Shown here: positions 48,009-62,978 of the stretch, in pieces
How the letters are laid out: each line of letters opens with the position of its first letter
Position numbering within the stretch: position 1 is the first letter of the stretch
Source of the DNA: a virus
Lineage: Duplodnaviria; Heunggongvirae; Uroviricota; Caudoviricetes
Length of the DNA stretch: 64,000 nucleotides
IMG/VR virus record: IMGVR_UViG_3300021426_000065
Span: 39,173 to 103,172 of that record
Strand: one strand, 5' to 3'
Made by a program: the position numbers and the translations under genes
Notes under the pieces: generated by a model
Told to the model about the DNA's origin: nothing
Databases searched by the model: none
The model's input: the letters and a program-made list of their open reading frames with translations, nothing else

Positions 48009-50594
48009 ATGATTAGACTCATTCAAAGGCGATTAATTATTCCACGCGGAGACACCGGTACTTTTACAGTGCCAGTACTTGCTACTAAAAATACTGGTGA
48101 TGTGGCAGTTTTTTCAATTATTGATACTATGACAGATAAAAAAGTGTTTGAAAAAATTGTGAACGTATCTGGCGACACAATGACGATTGAGTTTAGTCAT
48201 TATGATACTGTAAATCTACCTGTCGGTAAATACGTATGGGATATTAAGTTTTACCAAAATCCAGAGTTTATGGATGGGGTGCTTGTGAATGGTGTTGAAG
48301 TCGATTCTTATTACGCGGCATTTACTATGCCGATTTGCGAGATAAGATAGACTGGTGATAATTTGTTAATGGCAGATGACGCGCCAGGCACCGAACTTAC
48401 CCCAGATTAGTTAGATATTTTAAATGCCGCAGTTAATGAAACTAATGCGGCAAAAAGTCAAGCAAATGAAAGCGCGGCAACCGCAAGTACCGCCGCGACA
48501 ACAGCCTCAGATAAAGCGGATGAGGCGACTGCGAAAGCGGAAGAAGCAACGGTCGCACTTAATGAATTAAAAGAAATCTTGCCTACTCTTGCGGATGTGG
48601 CTACTAGCGGCAGCTATAATGATTTAGAAGATAAACCTTTTATTCCTAGTAGGGTAAGTGATTTGACAGATGATAGCGGCCATTACACTAAGCCCGCGAC
48701 AGGTATCCCCGCGAGTGATTTAGAAGAAACATATTTGACAGAGCATTAGGATATTAGTGGGAAGGCCAATGTTGCAGATTTGGCGGCGGTTGCTACTAGC
48801 GGAGATTATAGTGATTTAAGTGGTACACCAATTATTCCGGATGTCCAAATTAATGGACATAGTGTTATTAATAATGGAATTGCAAATATTCCTGTTGCAT
48901 CAAAGTCAGTATTCGGCACACTAAAACTTTCAGCAGATTCAAATATTAAAACTGGCACAGAAACAGTAAGAGTTATCACACCATCAAATCAACATCTTGC
49001 AGCTTTCTATGGTCTAGCCAAAGTAGCAGGAGTAGATGAAAGGAATAGTGAACTCCCAGTTGGCACTTACACGGATAGCGCCAAAACTGCTATCCAAACT
49101 ATGCTAGATGTCCCATCTAATGCGGCGATGACAACCGCGATTAGCACCGCGATTGAAAGTGTTAATTCCTTCGATATGGCGGTTGTGCAAGAGTTACCAA
49201 CATAGGATATTAGTACACATACTATTTATTTAGTTCCTAAAACCGGGGAAACGAATGATGTGTATGATGAGTATATTTATATTAATAACAATTGGGAAAT
49301 GGTTGGCAATACATAGGTAGATTTAAGTAATTATGTATAGCAACCAGCGGTTGATGATATAAATAATACTATAAATGATATGGAGTATATTAATAAAATA
49401 TACGCCCGCGATGTTATTGGCTCTTCTAACTTAATGACAAATAAAACTTGGAGACATAATGCTAAGTTTAATGATGACGGTACAATAGCTTCTTCAACCG
49501 ATGGTTGGATGGTATCTAGGGAGTATATTGAAACAAGTGGTAATTCATATAAAGTTATATATGATAATGGTGAGCCAGGTTATATTATATAGGTGGCTTG
49601 CTATAAAAATGAAGAGTTTTAGCGTTTCTATATGAATGCGCTTACTAATACTGGTTTTCAAACATTTAGCATTGATACAACCAATTATGACCAAATCAAG
49701 TTTGGAACACGAAAAAATAATCCAGTTGTATATATGTTCCGTAATGATAGCACTATTGTTGGCGCGCTCGCGGGAAAAGCAAATATAGAAGATATACCGG
49801 AAGTTCCTGTACAAGATGTGCGGGTTAATGGCATAAGTGTGTTACAGGGCGGCGTAGCAAATGTGCCGGTAGCGAGTGCATCTACGCCCGGAGTTATTTC
49901 TGTGCGAAATGGATATGATGGGGTGCGATTGGTATCTGGGAATCGTTTAACAATAACACCGACAAACAGTTTGCAAACAAAAAATGGGGATGACGCATAT
50001 TTACCAGTAACAACCTTACATCAGCACGCCGCTGCCTTCTACGGCCTTGCCAAAGCCGCGGGAGCCGACATGGCATCATCGTCAAACCCAGTTGGCCAGT
50101 ATACTGATGCCGCCAAATCAGCCATTAAGAGTATGCTTGGAGTTGGGCAATGGGAACTTATTAAGCAAGTCACAATAGAAGAAGATTCTGCGAGTATTGT
50201 AATAAACACAGATGAACTAAGTCAGAATTTTAAACTCGCTGAACTTGCTTTTTATGTTTCTGCTCAGGCATCTATAAGCACTACTGCAAATACGAATGCT
50301 TATATACGTATTGACCCTAACCATTATGTCATGACAGTGAACGGAGTAGTAAGTACAAGTTCGACAACTTTTTCCGGGTATGTTAAGCCGATTATAATAG
50401 GAGAATCTGCGGCAGACATTATAATGGCGCAAACAAATACTTCTTTGGCTGGCGCTGCATCATTTTATTCTGGTGGTGGGGCGTTGCTTCCATCACAGTT
50501 TGAAAACAGTTGCAAATATTTTGAAGTTTATACAACTGGAACGGCTAAATTCGGAACAGGGACAACCGTATTACTGCTTGGTATTAAAGCATAA
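48009..50594 (+). CDS. Baseplate/tail-fibre protein, 861 aa (TAG=Gln)
   Basis: IPRGDT...GKYVWDI N-terminus; VATSG.Y.DL repeats; four track fragments in one frame. Confidence 0.78.
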
Positions 50595-50607
50595 AAGGAG
50601 GAATATT

Positions 50608-50830
50608 ATGACTTACTATTCTCAGCGTAAATCTATTCTCAATGGAGAACCTCAGGCGGTCAATAATCGTTATGGTGATCGTCGCGCTATGGAGCGCCAA
50701 TTCCATCTCTATTGCGCAAATGCCTGTGACGGCGAGGGCTATTATGAGCCAGTGCTACAAGCACGCCATTCCAGCACAAGAAGAAACCGAGGAACCCGAA
50801 GAGGTGACTCCAAATGAAGAAGGGAATTGA
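50608..50830 (+). pseudogene. Small fibre-associated gene apparently frameshifted near 50740
   Basis: AGGAGG RBS with ATG 50608; natural acidic tail (SQCYKHAIPAQEETEEPEE) lies in another frame. Confidence 0.4.
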
Positions 50831-51299
50831 TTGGAATTACGAACGCTATCGTACTCGCGACCTTCTTTTAGAATATGACTTAAATATAATGCCACCCCAC
50901 CCACGTGCGGGTGGCATTTCTGTTGTATATCCCTGGGGTTCATCTGCTTGGGATAATGTTGTAGATATGTCCATTCCGCGCTAGCCGCATACCACAACGC
51001 TTGCTATGGTATACCCTTGGGAGAATACATCACTAAATATATTAAGTCATCAACTCTATTTACTCGCGGTCGCGAATGGTTTTGATGGCACAGAAGATGA
51101 CTTCAAAGAGCTTTTTAAGGGCTATGTCGGCCCACGCAGTATTATGTTTGCTGTCGCGGCGGATTTCCCCGAAGAAGGCATTGCGTCAAAATTATACTTT
51201 GACTTGGAAGAAAAAGTATTATATTATTGGGACAACGGCTACATACCAGTGAACGCAATGTTGATTGCCAATACGATACTAAACGGGGGTGAGGCTTAA
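50814..51299 (+). CDS. Hypothetical tail-region protein (one TAG=Gln)
   Basis: GAGGTG RBS; extends track ORF 51006; AVANGFDGTEDDF motif. Confidence 0.68.
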
Positions 51300-52006
51300 T
51301 GGCAACTAATAGTGTAAAAGTTACGTTATAGATTAGGCACGACACCGCCAGTAATTGGCTTACAAGAAATCCAGTTCTTGCACAGGGCGAATATGGATTA
51401 GAAACCGATACTTATTTACTTAAAATAGGCGACGGTGTATTAGATTGGGAACATCTACCATATCTAAATAAATTAGATGCTTCTTATTTTAAACATATAA
51501 GTGAAGACGGCTCAATTACTTTAAGTGATGATTTTAAAGATAAAATCGCAGCACTTGAAGCCGCGGCCGGCCAGGCGATTGAACATCTTACTATCACCGA
51601 CCCACCAGTAGAAGATACAGATGCGGTTAATAAGAAATATGTTGATGACAAAGTGGCAGAAGCCGCTGGCATTAAGAGGGCAGTAGTTGAAGAATTACCG
51701 CCTATCGCAGAAGCAGATATTAATACCATGTATATGGTGCCCTCTTCATCTGGAAACTATTATGAAGAATATTTAGTTATTAACGGCGCTTGGGACATGG
51801 TTGGCGAAACAGGTGATGGCGGAAGTGGCGGTTTTACATTACAAATTGCTACTGAATCACGTTTAGGCGGCGTTAAATCTACAACAGCGGATGATGGCGT
51901 TGCCGTCGATATTAATACTGGATTTATGACTCTTAATAGAGTTTCAACAACGAAATTATATGTGCCAACAGGAGATACATTTATTATATATGGCGGCAGT
52001 GCTTAA
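51299..52006 (+). CDS. Tail protein with Mtd-N/hyaluronidase-N-like domain (TAG=Gln)
   Basis: TL(TAG)IRHDTASNW..NPVLAQGEYGLETDT..LKIGDG. Confidence 0.8.
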
Positions 52007-52019
52007 GGGGGTGGTTTAA

Positions 52020-53780
52020 ATGGCGGAACATATGATTGAAACTCGTATTTTGTTACGCTATGACACCTATAGCAACTGGATGAATAGTAATACTATTTTA
52101 ATGTAGGGCGAGGCCGCGATATGTAGCTTTCCAACCGAGAGAGTAATAGATTCTTTATCTAATATTACGCCCGAGCATACTCCTCCCGCGATTGGTATAA
52201 AAATAGGTGATGGGGTGCATTATTTCCGCGAATTGCCTTGGGTATAGGCAGTTGCCGCGGATGTGTATAGTTGGGCAAAAATGGCGGCAAAGCCAATTTA
52301 TACTGCTTCTGAAATTTCTGGTTTACAAAGTTTTATTGAAGAAAATTTTCATATTAGTGGAGATATTACTTTTACTCCTCGTATATACCAAATTATGCGT
52401 GGTACGGGAGAAGATAGCAATAAATATTTTTTAAGATATAAAGAAAATAATGATGATGGCTAGTGGATTGTGGATACAAATCATCCAATTGATTTATCCA
52501 ATTATGATACAATAGTAGAGTGGATTGGTACTTTAACTGAACGTTATCCAACACTTGGTACTTTTACAGCTACTTAGACCGGAAGATTAATAGATGCATT
52601 ATCATATACGGATGCCACACAAAGTAATTAGTTTGTTACCGCTGTTTCAGAAACTAGCGGTATAATTTCTGTAGAAAAAGCTTAGCCTACTTTTTCTAAT
52701 ATTTCAGGAATAGCAAGTGTAGCTTAGGGCGGCACAGGAAGAGATACATTAACAGAAGATTATGTATTAGTAGGAAATGGTTAGAATGCTGTTAAATTAA
52801 TACCAATTGCTGAAAGTATTGCGAATAATAATCATTTGGTTCCGAATAATTTAATAAAAGCTTATGTAGATAATGCGGTTAGCGGTTTAATCGGAGCTAT
52901 GCATTTTATAGGCGATGCTACAGTTGTTATTAATAATAATAGTAGCGTTGATCCGCAAATTAATGGCTATAATTTTTCTAATGCTTAGTCAGGTGATGTA
53001 ATTCTTTATGATTCTAAAGAATTTGTATGGACGGGCGGCAATTGGCGTTTACTTGGTGATGAAGGTAGTTATGCAGTAAAAGGTAGTATTAAAAATGCAG
53101 ATATAGCCGATGACGCTGAAATTTCAGTGAATAAAATTTTTGGCTTGGACCAACTTTTAAATGCTAAAGTAGATAAAATTGATGGTAAAGGCTTATCTTC
53201 TAATGATTTTACAGATGATTTGAAACAAAAATTAGAAGATATAGGGACCAATGCGGAAACGAATGTTATTGAACATATCTTTTTTAATGATAATGAGATT
53301 CTTCCAACAACAATTAATTCACTGCCAAAGTCAATTAATCTTTAGGTAAAAGAATTTGATGATTAGTCAGCGCAAAAATTAGCAGGAATTCAAGCTGGCG
53401 CACAAGTTAATATAATAGAAAAAATAATATACGGTTCAGAAGAAATAAAACCAGACGCGAATAAAACAATAACAATAACCCCGGACCCTCATACTGAGCA
53501 CGAAAATAAAATTGAATCAATAGTAATAAATGGTGTTGAACAAATACCAGATAAAAATAAACAAGTAAAAATAACAATAGATGACGCCGCTCTTAATTTA
53601 CAGGTAATAAAAGGCGCGCGCGTTCCCAAGGGTGGATTATATGAAGATGTAGATATAACCACCGATAAAAAATTAGAATTAAGCCGCATTGCAAAAACGG
53701 GTAATATAGATGATATACTACAAACACCGTATACATATGTTATATTGGATTGCGGCAGTAGCACCGAATTGGTGTCATAA
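52020..53780 (+). CDS. Tail-fibre protein with Mtd-N-like domain (TAG=Gln)
   Basis: TRILLRYDT.SNW...LM(TAG)GE...KIGDG; KVDKIDGKGLSSNDFT. Confidence 0.78.
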
Positions 53781-53813
53781 ATCGGCTGAAATGATGCCGA
53801 GGGAGGATGTTTT

Positions 53814-54338
53814 ATGGCAAACGAAAAAGTCATAAAAACGAGAATTCAGTTGAAAAATGATACTGAAACTAACTGGAATAAAGCTATAAATTTTATTCCC
53901 AAATAGGGTGAGATCATCATTTATTCAGCTGATGATTCTCACCCCTATTCTCGTTTAAAGGTAGGGGACGGCGCGACTACCGTTATAAGTCTCCCTTTTA
54001 TTGACGCGGGAACCATTAATGGTGAAGTTTTAGCCGATGTAATAATTACAGGAGCGAATAGATATTCTTTTCCTCCTATTGGATAGGAACATAAATTGTA
54101 TGTTGATTTGGATAAAAATGTGATATATTGTTATAAACCTAATAATGGCTATACACAATTATCTCACTTTAAATATGCAGCAACAAAAACTTAGATTTCA
54201 ACGATAAATAGTTGGAACCCAGGAGTAATGACCACCGCGGTGGTAAATGGAAATAATTTAGTAATTGAGAATGGCACCGCGCCTATACTTGAACTGGGAA
54301 CATTAAATGTGGTCACAGATATTAGTGAGGTGAATTAA
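53814..54338 (+). CDS. Tail protein with Mtd-N-like domain (TAG=Gln)
   Basis: TRIQLKNDTE.NW...PK(TAG)GE...KVGDG...LPF. Confidence 0.78.
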
Positions 54339-54340
54339 GA

Positions 54341-56716
54341 ATGGCTAATGGATATATAGGTTTAGTAAATATAGGAACCGATTTCCATAAAATTGGTTCA
54401 ACCGCTTTTGCTGTATTAAATCATAATGTTAATGGGACTGTAACAAAATCTGCAACTCAAGTAGATTTTGTAGTACCATTAGATGGATATGTGAATACAG
54501 AAGGCGCTACGGTACATATTAAATTTGTTTAGGCAAACGATGTTAATGATATGCCACTTTATTTAAAAGTTGGTGGCGACAATCCGCACTTAATTGTTAA
54601 TCCAAATGGTACAAAAACTTGGGCGGAAAACTCTGTAATTAGTTTTACATATGATGGAACTAATTGGGTGATGAATAGTTCTCAAATTAGTGTTGATGCA
54701 AGTTAGTTAGATATTCCAGGTTTTGGTAATATTACTAAAGAAGGTAAGCTATCTAACGCCGCGGCTGCTGCGGCGACTGGAGACGCGCTGGTTATTGTAG
54801 ATACAAATGACAATGCTGGTAGAATAGCTAAATCTAGTATATTATTTGATACTACTAAAAATGATTATTTTTTAACACAAGCCGGCGGATGGACGCAACT
54901 TAATAAGTCGGTTTGGGGTTTAGATAATGTAACTAATCATCAACAGGTACATGAAGTCGCTTGGGATAGTACAAATAAGAAAATTACTCGTTCTAAGAAT
55001 GGTACAGCCAATGATGTTGTACAATTTATTTAGGGTAGTAATATCACTCTCACCAGTGAAGCGGGTAAATTAACAATCGCGGGAACGGCTAATAATGCAG
55101 TTACTCAAACAAATACAACAGGTGATGCTACATATAATCTGTTATTTTCTTATTCTACTTCCACAACAGATACTAAAACTGAAGGAGTAAGAAAGCATAG
55201 TACCTTAACATATAATCCTTCTACTGGAACTTTAACCGCGACTAAATTTAGTGGAGATGGCAGTGGTTTAACAAATGTAACCGCTTCTTCTATTCAATGG
55301 AGTGCTATTGATAATAAACCAACAACAATAAGTGGCTATGGTATTACAGATGCGAAAATTAATAATGGAGTAATAACATTAGGTAGTAATACAATAAAAC
55401 CGATAACAAAAGTCAATGGAAAATCGGCTGGAAATGATTCTTCTGTTACTATTACTGCCGGTGATTTAGGTCTTGCCGCGGCATTACGCTTTGTAGGAAC
55501 AACTACAAGTAATGATATACAAGATGGCTGGCAAGGAGTGCCAGCAGGAATTAGCGGTTATACTACTCCAATTGTTGGCGATGTGGTATTAAAAGGTGAC
55601 GCTGAATATGTATGTATTAGTGTTACTGGTACGGGTTCTAATACGGTATATACTTGGGAACTACTTGGCCGCGATGGTTCGTTTGCTTTAAGTACAGAAG
55701 TTATTAATAAATCTGTATTTAATGCTGCTTATCAACTATTATATTCCACAGGGGCTAGTTCACCCGCGGTTTTAGACCCAAATACTACTAGTACACGTAA
55801 ATTTTTACGTATGGTTGGGAACGGAACTGTTGGTGCTGCACCAGAATGGGATACAGTTACTAAAACTGATGTTGGTTTAAGTAATGTAGAAAATACTAAA
55901 TTAAGTACATGGACAGGTTCTAGCTATATCACTACTGTTGGTACAATTACATCAGGCACATGGCATGGTACAGCAATTGAAGCATCTTATATTGGTAGTC
56001 ATAGTACAGATAAATTAACATCTGGCACCTTACCAATCGCGCGTGGCGGTACAAATATTAGTACATATACAAAAGGTGATATTTTATATGCTTCTGCCGC
56101 GAATACATTATCAAAATTATCAGTTGGAACCAATTCAGATGGATATGTTTTAACATTAGATAGTGGAGTTCCCGCTTGGAAAGCAAATCAAGCAACAGAT
56201 GAAAATGTAAAATAGTCACCAATAGCACAGAATAGTACAGATGCGAATAAAGAATATGCAATTTTATTTAAAAATACTCATTCTGCCTGGACAGAAGAAA
56301 CGGCGGGAGTTAAATTTACAAGTACAAATGATTATAGAATAACAATTAATCCAAGTACCGGAACATTAACTGCGAAGAATCTTGTTGGTGCTTTACGTGC
56401 AGTAGATGTAAAAACTGCATTGGGGTATGTCAGTGGTACGGCAAATAGTAGTATTATTTTCTTACATAAAAGCGGTAATTGGAAAACAATTTCTGTTGGG
56501 GTTGGAACAACAAATGAGAATGGAAATGTTCTCACTAATGTTACACAAAGTGCTGGTACAAAACCAAAATTTACTTAGGGAACACTTGCCTCAGCATCTG
56601 TATCAGGCGGCATTTTAACTTTGGTATCTGCAACGGCTGATACATTTAGTGCTGGTGCTTTCCCGACATTAACATTAACAAAAGCAAATGTTACTATATC
56701 GGCAGCAGATACTTAA
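54341..56716 (+). CDS. Tail-fibre protein, 791 aa (TAG=Gln)
   Basis: Thr/Gly/Ser-rich; TKTDVGLSNVEN, LPIARGGT; one frame to TAA. Confidence 0.75.
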
Positions 56717-56729
56717 GGGGGCGAATTAA

Positions 56730-59700
56730 GTGAGTTATATAGATAGAATAAAGGTAGGCAGCGCTACGCACTTAATTGAGCCTACCTTATATGCGAAATG
56801 TGATACAGCCGCGGCAACTGCCACTAAGCAGACCGCGGCAATAAATAATTTTAATTTAGTCGCAGGAGTATAGGTTGCGGTAAAATTTACTGTTACAAAT
56901 ACTGCCGCGGTTGGCGATTTAAAATTATAGATTGGAACGGATACTACAACAGCCAAATCTATTAAATATCGCGGAGGAAATTTACCCTCCATAGGAACTT
57001 TAGCCGCGAATCATATTTATAATTTTGTATATGACGGCACGAACTGGGAATTGGTTGGCGATTTAGATACCAATACTCAAAGTGCATACGGAAATATTAC
57101 GACCGCAGGTAAAATAGGAACTACTGCGGATTTAGCAGTTTATACAACTACTGGTGGATTAGTAACTGCGGGTACGCTTAAAACAGATGCTCCATCTGCT
57201 TCTGGTACTGCTACTGCTTTTATTACATCAGTATCATAGGATAGTAAAGGTAAAATTAGCGCTTCTAAAGCAAATTTACCAACTGCCTCAACAGATATTG
57301 CTGGTATTATTAAAATAGGCACTACTGCTAATGATGCCGCGGCGGGAAATCATAATCATAATGGTACATATGTAAAAGTCGCTGGCGGAGACACGATGAC
57401 TGGTGCACTAACATTTACTAGTCAAACTTCTGCTTTTAATGATAAAAATATATTATTTAGTAATGGCGGTAGAATCGGTGGAAATATTGTTGGAGAAATT
57501 GGTATTTATTCCGCGGAGAAGGTTTATATAAAACCTAGTTCTCGCGCAGCATCTAGTACTACGAAAGGTGTTATCATAGACGATACTGGATTATATCCAG
57601 TTTCTACTAATAGTGATTATTATTTAGGTAGCTCTACAAATAAATGGGGAAATGTATATGGTATTTTAGGTGTGTTTAATGGATATTCTCGTATTGACTT
57701 GACGAATTAGACAGTTGATTTAGATACTTATACATTATCTGACGGAACTGCTAGAATTAGAAGATATATAGAATGTACTAATGGAGGAAGCACGAACATT
57801 TCCCATTTACCAGTTACTGGGTATCCTTTTATTTTAGATGTAGAAGCAATTAGATACGCTAGCTCTACGGATTATATTACATTACAAACATTTAGAAATG
57901 CGAATAATCCAAATAATGAATATGTTAGATATTGTACCAATGGCACTTGGAGTAATTGGACAACACGAGTATTTACGGATACAAATAAATATCATAAATC
58001 AGGCTCTTGGAGCGGTTTAACATATACCGCAGCCGCGGTTAATAGTGCGGATGAATTAAAGTTTACTATTCCTACCGGAACTACTGCTACCACTGTAGCT
58101 CTTGGAAACCATAATCATGATTCTGTATATTTGGGCATAAATGCCACCGCGGCGAAAGCAACTGCGGACGCAAGTGGCAACACTATTACCACTACATATG
58201 CTACTAAAACAGAAGTGGATGGTCTCCTCGCGGCCGCAAACGCAATGACATTTAAAGGCACATTAGGTACTGGTGGCACAGTTACTGCACTTCCCGCATC
58301 TCATAATGCTGGTGATACTTATCGTGTTATAACTGCTGGAACATGGGCAGGAAAGTACTGCGAAGTTGGTACTTTAATTATATGCGTAAAAGATGGTACT
58401 GCCGCCGCGGATGCAGATTGGACATCAGTTGAAACCAATGAAGATGGGGCAGTTATAGGAACTACTCCGACTTCTTCAACCGATAATGCAATTGTACGTT
58501 GGGACGGAAATAGTGGTAGAATTATTTAGAATAGTGGAATTACTATTGATGATAATAATAATCTTACCACAACAGGATATATTAATCAAATTTTATTACG
58601 AAATGTCCATATTAATAATTCAACTTCATATACAACAAATGCTATAACTGAAATTTTTGGATCAACAGATACGGCCAGTGGCGCTAAATTTTCAATATTA
58701 CGTATGCAGGGAAGCGCTCCCGAATCATTACGTAATAATTATGCTACTGGTATAGCTTGGAAAAATTCAGATACACATGGAGCAATTTCTGTTGCTTATG
58801 GCGCTCCAAATATTAAAATTGCTGGTGGTAATGGCACAGGAATGGTTTGGTGGATAGGACTAAACGGTACTTCTGGTCAAACTTATACCTTCCCTTCAAC
58901 AAGCAAAACACTCGCCGCAACAGATGGAACAAATGCTAGCGGTAAATGGTCAATTAATACTAGTGGAAAAGCGGATACGGCTGGAACTGCTGATAAAGCA
59001 ACTGCCGCGAATTTAGCAACCACCACCAATTCATTAGCTTATTATACCGATGGGACCGGAACATTTGGGAATACTGATGCATATGTTAAATATCTAAATC
59101 ATGTCGCGGCAAATGCTGGTACGAATAAAGCCGGTTATATAGATGGCCTTCATATTACTGGGGCCGCATATGGTGAGGCCGCTAATCTTATTAGTAATAT
59201 TGCAGGAAAGATGTCTTATGGTGATGCAGGTGCTCAAATTCGTTTTACTTCTTCTGGCCAAAATGGAGCTATAATATTTAATCATTATGATAATACTACT
59301 CCTAATAGTACTTTTGCCGCTTCTTTTAATTTTGTTACTGATTAGGCAACTGGTGTGGCATTAAAAAGTGATGGATTCATTATTAATGGCGCTACTACAT
59401 GGTTACGTGATAACAATCTTACCTTCTCGCAAGGCGGCGGTTGGTATATGAATGATACCGCATGGATTCGTACTGTCGGTGGAAAATCAGTTTATATGAA
59501 TACTGGTACTTTCCGCAATGATGGGACTACATAGTTAAGATTATTGCTGCATGTTAATCCTAATATTGTTACTGATGGCACTTGGGAAACTGGTGGTACT
59601 GGTACAGACAATAGCGGTGATAACTATGCCACGCGCGGTACACTTGGCACATCAGTATTATCAATTGGTAATGCTATTGCTAGACCAGCAGCGGGCACCG

Positions 59701-62663
59701 CGGGGGGCAAAAATAATTCTAAGGGCTATTTGCGTATTTATGGCGAAGGTACTGGATATGGTGAATTATCATATAACGATTCTATGTTCGCCTTTAATAA
59801 ATCAATTTATTTAACCAATACTACAAATAGTGGTATTAGCAATGAAATTCGCGGTCTTACTGCTACAAATGATTATTGGCGTATTGCGGGTGGAGCAACA
59901 GCATCAAATGCTGGATATATGGAAATTGCTACTGGTGACGATTATAATGAACCAATATATGTAAGACAATATAGTGGTACTTTTGTTACCGTAAAACGAA
60001 CAGCAACATTATTGGATGCGAGCGGTCATACAGAGTTCCCTGTGCAAGTTACAGCGCCAAAATTTATTGGAGCATTAGATGGGAATGCTGATAGTGCTAC
60101 TAATATTAGTAGTAAACTACCTACTTTAGCAGTTGCGACAGAAAATAATGAAATAAAAGTAATTGATTTGGGTAATAGCGCCCCAGAAGCAGGACTAGCT
60201 CACAGGCATGCTATTGATTTTAGATGGTATAATTCACATTGGGCAATTGGTAATTTACGTAGCGGTTCTACGCCAAGCGCAGGATTTGGATTTAGTTACA
60301 GCGCGGATGGCACCACTTATAGTAATGTCGCAATTATTTCTAATGAGGGAGAAATAAACGCGATAAGGGGGTTTAAGGGCGACTATTTTACTGTAACTGG
60401 CGATGCCAACGCTCAAACTGGAAAGGGTATAGATTTTATTTTAAATAGCATAAAGTATGGTCATATTGGTACGAATACCGGCGGTATGCTGGGTATATAT
60501 GGCAATCAAAGCGTAGCAATTCGTCCAAGTCTAACCGCGACAAATCGCGGAATAAAAATTGAAGCAAGCGCAATTACACCCGGAGAAACAAATTAGATTG
60601 ATTTAGGCGCTTCGAATAATGTTTGGAAGAATGTATATGCTACAACCTTTACCGGAGCATTAAGTGGTAATGCTGCAAGCGCGACTTCGTTATATATTAA
60701 TGAAACTGGTGGTGCAGCATATGTAACAGATGATACTCATTATATGGAAATAGGTTATTTAGATTGCTCTTCTCCAGTATATCAAAATGCAGTTTTATTA
60801 ATTTCAAGTGCGTTTTGGGGCAATCAACATGGTTCAATTGATATAATTTCTATATAGTAGGATAGAAGTGCAAATGGTGACAGTAAACCAATAAAATGTG
60901 GTGTATATCAATTACATTGCGGCGGCTCTCATTTACGTGATTTTTATTATAAAAAAGATGATACTAATTATAGACTATATTTATATGTGCATGTAACTGG
61001 TGGTAATAGTTATGGTAAATGGAAAACATCCATAATACAATCTAATGCTATTTGGCACTAGGAATATGCATTTAATCAAAGCAGTACAGATTTAATTGAA
61101 GTTACAAAAACAGTTGCGACTTCTGCTTCAACAATATCCGCCACAGGTGGGTCCGCCGCGAAATTCTGGCGCGGAGATAATACGTGGTCTGATACTATTA
61201 GTGGTGGGTTATTAAAAATTACTAATAATAGTAACACCGTTACCATTGGTTCATAGAATACAAGTTTTACACATATTTATAATAGCGCGAATATTCCTTT
61301 TATTTTTAATAAAAGCGTCCTTACTACAGGTGGCACTTTAGGAAGTGCAACTTGGCCTTGGGGCGGTATTTATAATAAAGGTTATAATTATCATTATGCC
61401 GATAATTCATAGTATATTTCTACTGTGTACGCTAATGCGGCTCAAACGGCTGTTGGTGAGTTTTATTATGATGCAGGTCATAAAACTAATATTGCTAAAG
61501 GACAATTTGGATTAATAGAATGGGCACCGAAAGCTACCGCTGATACCGGGACTAGTGGGCATTATGAGCGTTATTTATTTCCAGCCGCAACCGCTGGATT
61601 AACAGAAAATAAAGAATACAAGATTATTACCACTAAAAATTTAAATAATATTACTAGTATTGGAACATTAACATCAGATATAACAGTAACAAAATCTACT
61701 CCAATTATAAAAGCATCAAGTACCGCTTCTTCGAGTGCGCGAATTGTATTAGAAAGAAAAAATGATAGTAATAATATTATATCAAGTTGGCAATGGGTTA
61801 ATGCTAGTGGGACATTAACATTACAGAATAACTGGACTTCTGGTACATATTTTGATGTTGTTAAATACAATCATACTTCGGGAAATGTAGAAGTCATTAA
61901 AAATTTAGCTGTTGGTGGTGCAAGTACCTTTGGTGATGAAGCAACATTAACAAAAGCAAACGGTGGCGCCAATTTTGGTATATATGTAAATCATACCAAC
62001 CCAAATAATGATACATCAAAAGCAAAGAAAATAGGCTTAATGGTTGGTGGCGCAACCGGTAGTGGCGGCGTATATGATGTTACAAAAGGTAAGTGGATTG
62101 TATATAGTGATACAGCAGGCGATGTTACATTAAACGGTAATGCCTTAACTGCTACAACCGCGACGAGCGCGGGCAGTGCAACCAAATCTGGTGTTACTGG
62201 ACTTTGGTTATATCCAGAAAATAATAATGAAATAAATTTTGGCGGTACAAATACTAGTACAACAATATTTTTTGGCTATCGCGCGAAAGATAGCCGCGCA
62301 ATACCAACTAAATTTGTTTTCGGTAATTCCACAGGCACGGCAGATTTATAGGCTAAAACAGTTTATTTAGGAAGTGGAACAACCTCATATGTGAGCTCTA
62401 CTCAATATACTGGTAATGCTGCGACTGCATCAAAAGTTTCCGCCGCATTAAATCAAACAGCAAAAACTTATTTATTAGGTACATAGACCACAATAACCGC
62501 GACCGCGACAAACGTATCTCTTACTGGGGATACGGGTGTATATCTCACCACGACCGCTGGTGAATTAAGCGCTTTACGTTACTCCTTACATTACGGTTCA
62601 GTAGAAAAAGCGCATTTAATATACAATAATACAGATGATTCAATTGATTTCGTCTTTGTATAA
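56730..62663 (+). CDS. Long tail-fibre protein, ~1977 aa (TAG=Gln)
   Basis: Six track fragments share one frame; GNA.SAT motifs; C-terminal YNNTDDSIDFVFV. Confidence 0.78.
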
Positions 62664-62675
62664 GAAGGTGATTTA

Positions 62676-62978
62676 ATGTATACAATTCAATTTACAAATG
62701 GCACTCAACTTAATGGATTGCAACGCTTAAATAAATCTACATTTGAGGTTGAATCCGAGGCCGCATTAAATCATCTTCTTACTGATGCAAATTTATAGTT
62801 GGCCATCCTTCTTGATGAGGATGGCCAACTTATTGATATATACATAGATTATACATTGCAAAGTTGCTTCTTCCAAAATAATATATTCCATTTTCGTATT
62901 GCGGAAATTAAGGAATTAGAGCAATAGGAATAGCACCGATTAGAAAAGGAGAAGAGGAGGAAGAAACGACATGCTTAA
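62676..62978 (+). CDS. Hypothetical protein (TAG=Gln)
   Basis: AAGGTG RBS; open under code 15. Confidence 0.6.
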
